Of a stretch of 40,205 nucleotides of DNA, positions 26,921-35,521 are shown one piece after another. The stretch is taken from the NCBI GenBank assembly GCA_964640515.1, contig CAZXFG010000002.1, positions 1-40,205 on the forward strand. The letters run 5' to 3'. This DNA is from an uncultured Gammaproteobacteria bacterium (GTDB lineage Bacteria > Patescibacteriota > Patescibacteriia > Magasanikbacterales > GWA2-37-8). The translations under genes and the position numbers were made by a program. Position 1 is the first letter of the stretch. Each line of letters begins with the position of its first letter. The notes under the pieces were generated by a model. The model did not search any database, was not told the origin of the DNA, and worked only from the letters and a program-made list of their open reading frames with translations.

Positions 26921-27184
26921 CTATGGGAGATCTACTCCGCCTTTGTTAAAAGGATTACACCGTAAAACTCTCCAAACGGCCTTTGGCACACCAACCAACA
27001 GGCCTCTTTTTTTTATCACCTGATATCCATATTCACTGCAGGACGGATAAAAACGGCAGTAGCCATGCGGGAACAGGTATTTTAATAATCCGTGGTCAGG
27101 AGACACCGTTTTTTGATAAATTTTAATGAATAGGGCCACAACTCGCCTTGGCAACCAGATAATTTCCTTGATAGCGCGATGCAT
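26921..27184 (-). CDS. yidD: Membrane protein insertion efficiency factor YidD
   Basis: YQKTVSP......CRFYPSCSEYGYQVIKKRG...RVLRCNPF..GG is the YidD signature. It lies immediately downstream of rnpA. Confidence 0.9.
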   Translation of the reverse strand: MHRAIKEIIWLPRRVVALFIKIYQKTVSPDHGLLKYLFPHGYCRFYPSCSEYGYQVIKKRGLLVGVPKAVWRVLRCNPFNKGGVDLP

Positions 27185-27186
27185 AA

Positions 27187-27576
27187 TTACAAAATACCGA
27201 ATTTTTTCAACAAACCCACCGCTTCTTTTTCTATGGCCGCGTATTCTTGGCCCAAAATATCCTTTTTGGCCACAAACAATAAATAAAAACCTGTTTTCAA
27301 ACGATTTTCTTTTACCAACAAACGAACTACCTCACGCATCTGCCGACGCACCCGATTCCGCGCTACAGCCCGCTTATCTATCTTCAAACCCACGGTAAAA
27401 GCCACCTTAAGTTGCCCTACAAACTCCGTCGAATCCACTTTTTTGGGAAAATACTGTCTCACTTTGGCCAGCTCCAAACATTTCAAATCCAAAAACCGGC
27501 CATTTGCCCAACAGCCGTATTTCATCAGCAAATTAAAATCCCGGACTTTTTTTAAACGATTGGTTTCTTGTAGCAT
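27187..27576 (-). CDS. rnpA: Ribonuclease P protein component
   Basis: LKKVRDFNLLMKYG...AFTVGLKIDKRAVARNRVRRQMREVVR is the RnpA RNR motif region. The start was moved to ATG 27576, because the track start at 27651 would translate repeat copy C. Confidence 0.85.
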   Translation of the reverse strand: MLQETNRLKKVRDFNLLMKYGCWANGRFLDLKCLELAKVRQYFPKKVDSTEFVGQLKVAFTVGLKIDKRAVARNRVRRQMREVVRLLVKENRLKTGFYLLFVAKKDILGQEYAAIEKEAVGLLKKFGIL

Positions 27577-27609
27577 AATATTTATAATATACCATACCTG
27601 GTTGACCCT

Positions 27610-27696
27610 GCGCCAGATATTTTCCGAGCGGGTTATGCGCCCGAGGCGCATCCCCGAGTCCTCGCGGACGAGGAAAGCGAGGGAACTATCTGGCGC
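27610..27696 (-). repeat. Core-in-arms structured element, copy C (rpmH-rnpA spacer)
   Basis: 10-bp arms GCGCCAGATA (27610-27619) and TATCTGGCGC (27687-27696). They enclose GAGCGGGTTATGCGCCCGAGGCGCATCCCCGAGTCCTCGCGGACGAGGAAAGCGAG. Confidence 0.85.
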
Positions 27697-27704
27697 GCTG
27701 AATC

Positions 27705-27729
27705 AAAAAGAGCCCGGATGGCTCTTTTT
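27705..27729 (-). terminator. Hairpin terminator after rpmH
   Basis: The minus strand reads AGAGCC-auccg-GGCUCU followed by UUUUU, 13 nt after the rpmH stop. Confidence 0.6.
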
Positions 27730-27741
27730 ATTTAGTTTTCT

Positions 27742-27912
27742 CTATTTCCTCAATCTTTTTCCTTTCTTTTCATCTGACACGGTCAGTTTCTTACGGCCTT
27801 TGGCGCGGCGGCGGCTCAAGACGGTTCGGCCGTTTTTCGTGCTCATCCGCTTTCTAAAACCATGGCTTTTCATTCTCTTGCGTTTTTTAGGCTGGTAAGT
27901 TCGTTTTGGCAT
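27742..27912 (-). CDS. rpmH: 50S ribosomal protein L34
   Basis: Hand-translated 56-aa ORF, below the track size cutoff: [56 protein letters not shown]. This is the canonical L34 sequence in the canonical position upstream of rnpA. Confidence 0.92.
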   Translation of the reverse strand: MPKRTYQPKKRKRMKSHGFRKRMSTKNGRTVLSRRRAKGRKKLTVSDEKKGKRLRK

Positions 27913-27934
27913 ATTTTAACATTTAATATCTGGA

Positions 27935-28033
27935 GTCACATATTTGGTATTTTTTGAGCGGGTTATGCCGCCGAAGCGGCATCCCCGAGCCCTTGGCGGG
28001 CGAGGAAAGCGAAAAAAATACCAAATATGTGAC
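27935..28033 (-). repeat. Core-in-arms structured element, copy B (rpmH leader)
   Basis: Perfect 21-bp arms GTCACATATTTGGTATTTTTT (27935-27955) and AAAAAATACCAAATATGTGAC (28013-28033). They enclose GAGCGGGTTATGCCGCCGAAGCGGCATCCCCGAGCCCTTGGCGGGCGAGGAAAGCGA. Confidence 0.85.
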
Positions 28034-28057
28034 CCGCAAACTATTTTTAATAAATTA

Positions 28058-28086
28058 AGTATACTCTAATTTTGACAAAAAGTCAA
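28058..28086 (-). promoter_or_regulatory. Sigma70-like promoter for rpmH
   Basis: Minus strand reads TTGACT (28086-28081), a 17-nt spacer, then TATACT (28063-28058). Confidence 0.55.
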
Positions 28087-28100
28087 GGGAACTATATTAT
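28072..28100 (+). promoter_or_regulatory. Sigma70-like promoter for dnaA
   Basis: TTGACA (28072-28077), a 17-nt spacer, then TATTAT (28095-28100). Its -35 lies face to face with the rpmH -35 (TTGACAAAAAGTCAA). Confidence 0.55.
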
Positions 28101-28107
28101 GCCACCG

Positions 28108-28184
28108 CTATCCACAGCTTATCCACACTCCATCTACTTTATTGCCCGCCCGCTCGGTTTGTCATATCCCAACCGTGTGGTAGA
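28108..28184. other. Upstream DnaA-box cluster (oriC part 1 / dnaA autoregulation)
   Basis: CTATCCACA (28108-28116), perfect TTATCCACA (28119-28127) and inverted TGTGGTAGA (28176-28184). Confidence 0.65.
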
Positions 28185-28214
28185 ATGGAAAATACAGACT
28201 CATAAAATCTTCTT

Positions 28215-29621
28215 ATGTCCATGTCCAACCATGAAACTTGGCAGGCCGTGCTGGCCGAGTTGGAGCTCACCATCTCCAAGCCCAATTTCATCACCTGGTT
28301 TAAAAATACCGGCATTATCAACCATCAAGAGGGCCAGGTGTTAATCTGCGTCCCTAATACTTTCAATAAAGCGTGGTTGGAAAAAAAATATCATCAACTT
28401 ATCATAAAATCTCTGGAGAGAATCACGGAAAAACCCATTAAAAAGCTGGAATACAAGATTGAAAACATCAAAAATGTGGCTGAACAAGCGGCAGTCGCGC
28501 CAGAACAGACAACCACCCCTGAAATCGGCTTTTCCTCCACTCCCTTTGCCACTTCCACCACTTTTAAGACAACCACAGACTCTCACGGTGGTTTTATTTT
28601 AAACCAAAAATACACTTTTGAGACTTTTGTGGTGGGAAAGGGCAGTGAATTGGCCTATGCCGCGGCCCAAGCAGTCACTAACCGCCCGGGCGAGGCATAT
28701 AACCCTCTCTTTATCTATGGTGGCGTGGGGTTAGGCAAAACCCATCTTATCCAAGCTGTGGGCAATCAATTGATGAAAAACAACCCTCAAACCAATATTC
28801 TGTATGTCAGCGCCGAAAAATTCTCCAATGATTTTATAGAGTCAATCAAAAACGGCGCAGCCAAAGACTTCCAAAACCGCTACCGCAACATTGATGTGCT
28901 TTTAATTGACGATATTCAGTTTATCGCCGGAAAAGACCGCACCCAAGAGTCGTTTTTCCATACTTTTAATGAATTACACCAACAAAATAAGCAGGTAATC
29001 CTGACTTCCGATCGGCCTCCCAAGGCCATTCCGGCTCTGGAAGACCGTCTAAAATCCCGTTTTGAGTGGGGGATGATCGCTGATGTGGCGGCCCCGGATT
29101 TTGAGACCAGAGTGGCTATTTTACAGAAAAAATGCGCGGAAAAATCCTTTTCTCTGTCGGAAAAAGCCATTCAAACCATTGCGACCATTGTTCAAAACAA
29201 TATTCGTGAGTTGGAAGGCGCTTTAAACAAAATTATTGTTTATCACCAACTGAAAAACTCCGAACCCACCCTGGAATCAATAAAATCTCTGCTTTCCAGT
29301 CTGGAAGCGGCCTCTATGCGCCGTTCTTTAACCTCCAAACAACTAATTAATGTGGTTTCCGAGTTCTACAGCTTGGGTTTAGAGGATATTCTGGGCAAAA
29401 GCCGAGAAAAACGCTTATCTTTCCCCCGCCAGATCATTATGTTCCTCTTGCGACAAGAACTAAAAATGTCTTACCCTACGATTGGCGATGAATTGGGGGG
29501 CCGAGATCACACCACGGCCATGCACGCTCATGATAAAATCGGCAAAGAAATAGAAAACAACCTCAAGTTAAGGCAAGAAATGGAATTAATTAAACAAAGA
29601 TTGTATATCAATAATATCTGA
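28215..29621 (+). CDS. dnaA: Chromosomal replication initiator protein DnaA
   Basis: 468 aa. Walker A GGVGLGKTHL, Walker B LLIDDIQF, sensor and box VII regions, and the C-terminal DNA-binding motif (GGRDHTTAMHAHDKI). Confidence 0.97.
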   Translation: MSMSNHETWQAVLAELELTISKPNFITWFKNTGIINHQEGQVLICVPNTFNKAWLEKKYHQLIIKSLERITEKPIKKLEYKIENIKNVAEQAAVAPEQTTTPEIGFSSTPFATSTTFKTTTDSHGGFILNQKYTFETFVVGKGSELAYAAAQAVTNRPGEAYNPLFIYGGVGLGKTHLIQAVGNQLMKNNPQTNILYVSAEKFSNDFIESIKNGAAKDFQNRYRNIDVLLIDDIQFIAGKDRTQESFFHTFNELHQQNKQVILTSDRPPKAIPALEDRLKSRFEWGMIADVAAPDFETRVAILQKKCAEKSFSLSEKAIQTIATIVQNNIRELEGALNKIIVYHQLKNSEPTLESIKSLLSSLEAASMRRSLTSKQLINVVSEFYSLGLEDILGKSREKRLSFPRQIIMFLLRQELKMSYPTIGDELGGRDHTTAMHAHDKIGKEIENNLKLRQEMELIKQRLYINNI

Positions 29622-29882
29622 TTTTGGCTAACTAAAAAGGTTATCAACAGTTGTTGTGTATAAGTTGTTGGTGAACGGTGATAACACCACATACATATCA
29701 ACAGATTTTATCCAAAAACATTTTTGACATAAAGTTGCCCACATATTAAGATACTTTTAACGCACTTTATATCCACAAATATTTTGGCTAACATAAAACA
29801 AAAAAAACAGTTATCCTCTCTATCCACATCCTTATTATGATTATTACTTTAATATATACTTAAAGATAATATAACAGACAAT
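29622..29882. other. dnaA-dnaN intergenic origin region (oriC part 2: DnaA boxes + AT-rich unwinding stretch)
   Basis: DnaA-box-like 9-mers: TTATCAACA (29641), ATATCAACA (29695), TTATCCAAA (29708), ATATCCACA (29769), TTATCCTCT (29811) and CTATCCACA (29820). An AT-rich run follows at about 29832-29880. Confidence 0.65.
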
Positions 29883-31007
29883 ATGAAATTAACTTGCACG
29901 AGGGAGAATCTGGCCAGAGCGTTAACTCTAGTGAGTGGAGCGGCGGGAAAAAACATAAACCTACCAATACTGTCTAATGTTTTGATTAAAGTAGACAATC
30001 AAAAAGCCGAGATAATTTCTACTAATCTGGAATTGGCAATAATCATAAATTTAAGGTCAAAAATAGAAGAAACCGGTTCTTTTACCGTCCCGGCCAAAAC
30101 TTTAACTGATTTTGTCAGTCTGTTATCCGATGAAAAAGTGGAATTGGAACAAAAAGAGAGCGAACTGGTGATTAAATGCGGAAAATCATCCACCAAAATA
30201 AAAGGCATTCCGGCTGATGAGTTTCCGGTTATACCTAATTTAGAAGATGGAGAAGGATTTTTAGTGAAAGCCGAAGATTTTAAAAAGGGTTTGGGCCAGG
30301 TGACACCGGCTATTTCTAAAAACGACATCAGACCGGAGTTGGCCGGAGTTTGTTTTGGTTTTAATCAGGGGGAGAAAAAAGAATTGGTCATGGCCGCGAC
30401 CGACAGTTATCGTTTAGCTGAAAAGAAAATCAATGTTTCCCAAGGAGACGGAAAACACCGGATAATCGTGCCGAACCACACAGCGCATGAAATCGGGCGG
30501 ATTTTAGCTTTAGTGGATGGGGAACAGCACGAAGAAAGCGCGCGGATTTTGGTGGGAGCCAGCCAACTGGCTCTGCATTATGGCAATGTGCAATTAATTT
30601 CCCGCTTGGTAGATGGACAGTATCCGGATTATACCCAGATTATCCCCAAAGATTTTAGAACCCAAACCACCTTTTCCACCCATCAATTAATAAAAGAAAT
30701 AAAAGCGGCGAGTTTGTTTACCACTTCGGGGGTGAACGCTATCACTTTTGACTTTAATACCGCGGAAGGGGCGATAAAAATAACTTCCGCCTCCACCCAA
30801 ACCGGTGAATATAGTTCAGAAATCAACACCGAGATTCAAGGGGAAAATAATTCTATCTTGCTCAACCACCGGTATTTGTTGGATGGATTGAATAATTTAG
30901 GCACGGAAAACACGGTGTTCAATCTCATTAACGGTGATAGCCCGTGTATTTTCAGGCCGGAGGGGGATGAGAGTTATCTTTACATCGTGATGCCGATTCG
31001 GAAATAA
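29883..31007 (+). CDS. dnaN: DNA polymerase III beta subunit (sliding clamp)
   Basis: 374 aa. MKLTCTRENLARAL....NLPILSNVLIK...ATDSYRLAEK...QYPDY..IIP is the typical DnaN pattern, in the position after dnaA. Confidence 0.95.
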   Translation: MKLTCTRENLARALTLVSGAAGKNINLPILSNVLIKVDNQKAEIISTNLELAIIINLRSKIEETGSFTVPAKTLTDFVSLLSDEKVELEQKESELVIKCGKSSTKIKGIPADEFPVIPNLEDGEGFLVKAEDFKKGLGQVTPAISKNDIRPELAGVCFGFNQGEKKELVMAATDSYRLAEKKINVSQGDGKHRIIVPNHTAHEIGRILALVDGEQHEESARILVGASQLALHYGNVQLISRLVDGQYPDYTQIIPKDFRTQTTFSTHQLIKEIKAASLFTTSGVNAITFDFNTAEGAIKITSASTQTGEYSSEINTEIQGENNSILLNHRYLLDGLNNLGTENTVFNLINGDSPCIFRPEGDESYLYIVMPIRK

Positions 31008-31029
31008 TAAAAAATATACAAATAAAAAA

Positions 31030-31054
31030 ACAGGAGTTGGCGCTCCTGTTTTTT
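31030..31054. terminator. Bidirectional hairpin terminator between convergent dnaN and PBP genes
   Basis: A-run, then CAGGAG-ttggcg-CTCCTG, then T-run. Confidence 0.7.
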
Positions 31055-31059
31055 GTCTG

Positions 31060-33918
31060 TTATCGGGTATTGATGGATAAATCTTTCTGCGTAGTCCGGC
31101 CGGAGCTGTCAGTGGCCACGGCCGAAAGGATGGAACTGCCACTGCCCGGGGAATGATTCCAGGTAAACATCAATTTTTTACCTGTTAAAGCTTCGCCCTG
31201 TTTGAAAGTGTAGATGAGCCGGCCATCCAGTAAAATTTTTACTTCTTTTATTTCCGGCCAGCGGAAAGTGTTCAGGTACATGGCGCGCGGAAAGTCCGAA
31301 CCGGATAAAACCAGAGGAGACGAATCCATCCAGTCCACGCTGGAAGGGGCCATTTCGGCCTGCAGATTGATTTTTACCTCTTGACTGGTGTTATTACCCA
31401 AGTCGTCCATAGCCACCGCTCTAATCGTGTGCCAGCCGTTGTTTGTCTCCGGCAAATCCAGCCCCCAATCAAAAGGAAATTGAGTTGAGGCGCCCGCTGA
31501 TTGTTCATCCAAATAAAAAGTTACCCGAGCCACTCCGCGCGGAGCGCTGGCGCTGACACGGATGGTTATTTGTCTGGTGGTGACAGTTTCATTATTGGCG
31601 GGGGAAATGATTTGGAGAGTCGGCGCTAATTCAGGCGAAGTTTCAACATCATATTCAGTGGGCGGAGTTTCAAAAGAAATTTCCCGACCGGCTTTTTTCT
31701 CTCTTTCCACCCATTCCAACAACGCGTTTTCCCAATTGGCGTATTGCGGGTCGTCATTCGGGTTGGCTGGTTCCGGCCCGCGCGGGTCGTCTTTATTTAC
31801 ATAATGCAAAATATCGTGCGGAGGCAAGAAAGTTTTTTCCACCGCCAATTCATCGGGGGTGGAAGAAGAAGCGATTCTGCCGGTGAGCTGGTTGATTCTT
31901 AACTTGATGCCATTATCACCCCCGCGCAATACCGGTTTGGAAGCGTCGTTAGCCGGTGGTGTTGGAAAGGTTTCAATCGGAGTATTTTTGAGCGATTCGG
32001 CCATAAAGCGGTTCCAGATTTTTCCGGCCAATGAATTGCCCCCGGATTTCATCGGTGAAGAGACCGGGGTGTTGCCGACCCATACTCCCGCCACCAAAGA
32101 TGGGGTATAGCCCATAGTCCAAGCGTCCTTATTTTCATTGGTGGTGCCGGTTTTAGCGGCCACCGGACGGCCCCCCGGCAGGACCAAATAACTGTTTTGG
32201 CCAAAGATAAAGGCGCGGGCGTTATTGTCGGAAAGGATGCTGGTGGTTAAGGCGGCCAGTTCCGGCGTTACTGCTTCTTCTCCTGTTTTTTCCCGCCATT
32301 CTTCCAAAACATCGCCCTGTTGATTGGTAACTTTCAAAATACCGGTCGGTTCAAGGCGTATTCCTTTGTTGGCTAAGGTGGCAAAGGCATTGGCGTGTTC
32401 CAATAAATTCACTTCTGTTCCTCCGAGCACCATAGTTAAATCCGGGTCTTTATCAAAAGTGGTGTAGCCGAATCGTTCGGCAAATTCCGTAGTTTGCGCC
32501 GGACCCACCAGATACATGGTTTTTACGGCCGGAATGTTTAAAGAGCCCTGCAGAGCTTTGCGCATAGTAACCAGACCGTGATCTTTGCCATCGTAATTGC
32601 CGGGGATATAAGGTTTGGCTCCGGCGCGCATTTCAAAATTGGTTTTAACATCATACAACACAGTGTCCGGAGTAAAACCTTTTTCAAAAGCGGCCGTATA
32701 GACAAAGGGTTTGAAAGAAGAACCGGGTTGGCGTTTGCCAAAAGCCACAATATCAAACTTGCCGTCAATATCGTCATTGTCAAAATCACGCGAACCGATA
32801 TAAGCCAAGATTTGTCCGGTCTTCGGGTCCATAGCCACCATGGCCGCGTTGTCAGCGCTCGCTTCTTTGGCAAATTGATCACCCAATTCTTTTACTGTTT
32901 GTTGAGCGATGATTTGTTTATCGTAATCCAGAGTGGTAATCACTTTTAGCCCGCCCGTGTCCACCAGCAATTCGCCATACTTTTCCGCTAATTGCTGTTT
33001 GATGTACAGCACAAAATGCGGCGCGTCCGAGAGCAGAGAGAATCGGGTCAGTTTTAATTCTTCAGCTTGCGCTTCTTTCATTTGCGTTTCCGTAATCATG
33101 CCTTGCTCCAGCATTAGTTTTAACACATAGTCTCGGCGGCTGGCTAAAACATCCAGTTTGTTTAAATAACGGCTGGGCGCTTGAATCAAAGCGGCCAAAG
33201 CGGCTGATTCGCCCAAGGTCAAATCCTTGGCGTTTTTTTTGAAATAGCTTTGGCTGGCTGATTCCACGCCATAATTGGTGGAGCCCAAAGGAATTTCGTT
33301 TAAGTACATTTTTAAAATTTGGTCTTTGGTATATTTTTTTTCCAATTGCGGGGCCAGGATAAATTCTTTTAATTTCCTGACTACTTTTTGGAAGAGACTG
33401 GGCTTGTTGCCGATGATGGTGTTTTTGATGAGCTGTTGAGTGATAGTGGAAGCTCCGCCCGCGCCGGTACTGCGCTGGATGACATTGTTGAAGAAAGCGC
33501 GCAAGATGGATATGACGCGGATGCCTCCATGCTCGTAAAAATGTTTGTCTTCAATAGCCACCACCGCCTTAGGCAACCAAGGGGCCATCTCTTCCAACTC
33601 CACCATGGTACGGCGTTGGTCTTGATAGATTTCATAAAGCAGATGCTCGCCGGCGCGGTCATATATTTTAGTGCTTTGCGCGACTTGACGATCCTGCAGT
33701 CTGTTTGGGTCGGGCAAATCACGGCTGGCCCAGAGAATTAAAAAAGTGCCGCCGATGAACAACATCACTGCTCCGGCTAAAGCGGCTTTGGCCAGTAATT
33801 TGATGGTCGGCCAAGACAGGCGGTGTTTTTTAGGAGGCCGGCTGTTAGGGGTAAGATTGCCGTAGGAACGGCGAGGGGTTGGTTTGAGATGAAAAATAGG
33901 CATAATAAAAATAATCAA
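31060..33918 (-). CDS. Class A penicillin-binding protein (transglycosylase/transpeptidase) with C-terminal Ig-like extension
   Basis: GT51 motifs (EDKHFYEHGGI, GASTITQQLIKN), transpeptidase SSFKPF (SxxK) and KTGTT. The extra ~250 C-terminal residues are beta-rich. Confidence 0.9.
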   Translation of the reverse strand: MIIFIMPIFHLKPTPRRSYGNLTPNSRPPKKHRLSWPTIKLLAKAALAGAVMLFIGGTFLILWASRDLPDPNRLQDRQVAQSTKIYDRAGEHLLYEIYQDQRRTMVELEEMAPWLPKAVVAIEDKHFYEHGGIRVISILRAFFNNVIQRSTGAGGASTITQQLIKNTIIGNKPSLFQKVVRKLKEFILAPQLEKKYTKDQILKMYLNEIPLGSTNYGVESASQSYFKKNAKDLTLGESAALAALIQAPSRYLNKLDVLASRRDYVLKLMLEQGMITETQMKEAQAEELKLTRFSLLSDAPHFVLYIKQQLAEKYGELLVDTGGLKVITTLDYDKQIIAQQTVKELGDQFAKEASADNAAMVAMDPKTGQILAYIGSRDFDNDDIDGKFDIVAFGKRQPGSSFKPFVYTAAFEKGFTPDTVLYDVKTNFEMRAGAKPYIPGNYDGKDHGLVTMRKALQGSLNIPAVKTMYLVGPAQTTEFAERFGYTTFDKDPDLTMVLGGTEVNLLEHANAFATLANKGIRLEPTGILKVTNQQGDVLEEWREKTGEEAVTPELAALTTSILSDNNARAFIFGQNSYLVLPGGRPVAAKTGTTNENKDAWTMGYTPSLVAGVWVGNTPVSSPMKSGGNSLAGKIWNRFMAESLKNTPIETFPTPPANDASKPVLRGGDNGIKLRINQLTGRIASSSTPDELAVEKTFLPPHDILHYVNKDDPRGPEPANPNDDPQYANWENALLEWVEREKKAGREISFETPPTEYDVETSPELAPTLQIISPANNETVTTRQITIRVSASAPRGVARVTFYLDEQSAGASTQFPFDWGLDLPETNNGWHTIRAVAMDDLGNNTSQEVKINLQAEMAPSSVDWMDSSPLVLSGSDFPRAMYLNTFRWPEIKEVKILLDGRLIYTFKQGEALTGKKLMFTWNHSPGSGSSILSAVATDSSGRTTQKDLSINTR

Positions 33919-34005
33919 AGTAACCTTAATTTTGCCTGATTTTAGCTATCCTGTCAATTATTCCTCTATATTATACACTGGCTTGAAGCTATATACAAAA
34001 ACCTG

Positions 34006-35520
34006 TTAAAGCTCGGTTTTAGCCCTAAATTGCAGGGCTTCGGCCAGATGAGGCAGTTGGATGTCGTCTTTTTTGTCCAAGTCGGCAATAGTGCGCGCTA
34101 CTTTGAGGATGCGATTGTAACTGCGGGCCGAGAGATGTAATTGCGTTACAGCCGAGCGCAACAATTCCAAGGATTGGTCGTTCAGCTTGCACCAGGAGCG
34201 GATTTCTTTATTGCCCATTTCGCCGTTGGTATGAGTGGGTAGATTTTTGAAGCGCGTTGTCTGGCGGGTGCGGGCTTCTTCAACTCGGTTGCGGATATCA
34301 GCTGATGATTCGGCTGTGTCCGGAGAAGTTAATTTTTCCCATTTTACTCGCGGTACCTCCACATGCAAGTCAATGCGGTCCAAAAGCGGTCCGCTCACTC
34401 TTTTTTTATAGCCCAGAATCTGGGCGGCCGAACAAACACAAGGACGGTCTGTATCAGTAGCATAACCACAAGGGCAAGGATTCTGACTGGCTACTAAAAT
34501 GAAGCGGGCCGGATAAGTAAGGGTTTGGTGAGCGCGGGAAACAGTAATCACACCGTCTTCCAAGGGTTGGCGCAATGATTCCAAAACCAAGCGCGGGAAT
34601 TCCGGCAGTTCGTCTAAAAATAATACGCCGCGGTGAGCCAAAGAAATTTCTCCGGGCCGAGCCAATCGTCCACCGCCCACCAAAGCCGGCGAGGAAGAAG
34701 TGTGGTGGGGCGAGCGAAAAGGCCGTTCGCGCGCCAGTCCGCCGGATAATAATCCGGCCACGGAATAAATTTTAGTGACTTCTAAAGTTTCTTCTTTATT
34801 CAGGCCGGGCAAAATAGAGGGGAGAGTGCGGGCCAATAAAGTTTTTCCTGAACCGGGTGGTCCGCTCATCAGAATATTATGATTTCCGCTGGCCGTAATT
34901 TCCAACGCGCGTTTGGCAAATTCTTGGCCTTTGATTTGGGCCATGTCCAATTCATAATCTTGTCTTTTGGTTGCGATAGCGGTATGCGGAACGGCCGGAG
35001 GTATTTTTTCTTGGCCGATTAAGTGGGCGATTAGTTGAGCCAGATTTTTGACAGGGTAAATTTCCAGCCCTTCCACCATGGTAGCTTCCATGGCATCATT
35101 GGCGGGCACAAAAAGGCGTTTGAACCCTCTTTGTTTGGCAAAAATGGCTACCGGTAGAACACCGTTAACATGCCGCAGTGATCCGTTTAAAGCCAATTCT
35201 CCCATAATTAGCGCGTCCTCCAGCACCCAATTAAATTCGTTCGTAACCGCGATAATCCCCACGGCCATGGGCAAATCATAGGATGGACCTTCTTTGTGCA
35301 AGTCAGCCGGGGCCAAATTGATTAGCACTCGGAAATTGAAAGGATAGGAGAATCCGGAGTTTTTAAGGGCCGAATGAATGCGCTCCTTGGCCTCTTGAAT
35401 GGAAGTGTCAGCCAGACCGACGATATTGAAGGCGGTTTGGCCTTTATTAATATCCACTTCAATGTCTATCGGCACGCAATCCAGTCCATTCACGGCGGCC
35501 GATGACAATTTGAAGAACAT
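34006..35520 (-). CDS. YifB/ComM family Mg-chelatase-like AAA+ ATPase
   Basis: N-terminal Lon-protease-like domain, Walker A GPPGSGKT, VLFLDELPEF and a C-terminal ChlI-like region. Confidence 0.9.
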   Translation of the reverse strand: MFFKLSSAAVNGLDCVPIDIEVDINKGQTAFNIVGLADTSIQEAKERIHSALKNSGFSYPFNFRVLINLAPADLHKEGPSYDLPMAVGIIAVTNEFNWVLEDALIMGELALNGSLRHVNGVLPVAIFAKQRGFKRLFVPANDAMEATMVEGLEIYPVKNLAQLIAHLIGQEKIPPAVPHTAIATKRQDYELDMAQIKGQEFAKRALEITASGNHNILMSGPPGSGKTLLARTLPSILPGLNKEETLEVTKIYSVAGLLSGGLARERPFRSPHHTSSSPALVGGGRLARPGEISLAHRGVLFLDELPEFPRLVLESLRQPLEDGVITVSRAHQTLTYPARFILVASQNPCPCGYATDTDRPCVCSAAQILGYKKRVSGPLLDRIDLHVEVPRVKWEKLTSPDTAESSADIRNRVEEARTRQTTRFKNLPTHTNGEMGNKEIRSWCKLNDQSLELLRSAVTQLHLSARSYNRILKVARTIADLDKKDDIQLPHLAEALQFRAKTEL

Positions 35521-35521
35521 A

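Noticed and set aside
27577-27651. N-terminal 25-aa extension of rnpA in the ORF track
   Set aside because: The extension (MRLGRITRSENIWRRVNQVWYIINI) is the translation of repeat copy C and its arm. The conserved RnpA sequence starts at the internal Met (27576).
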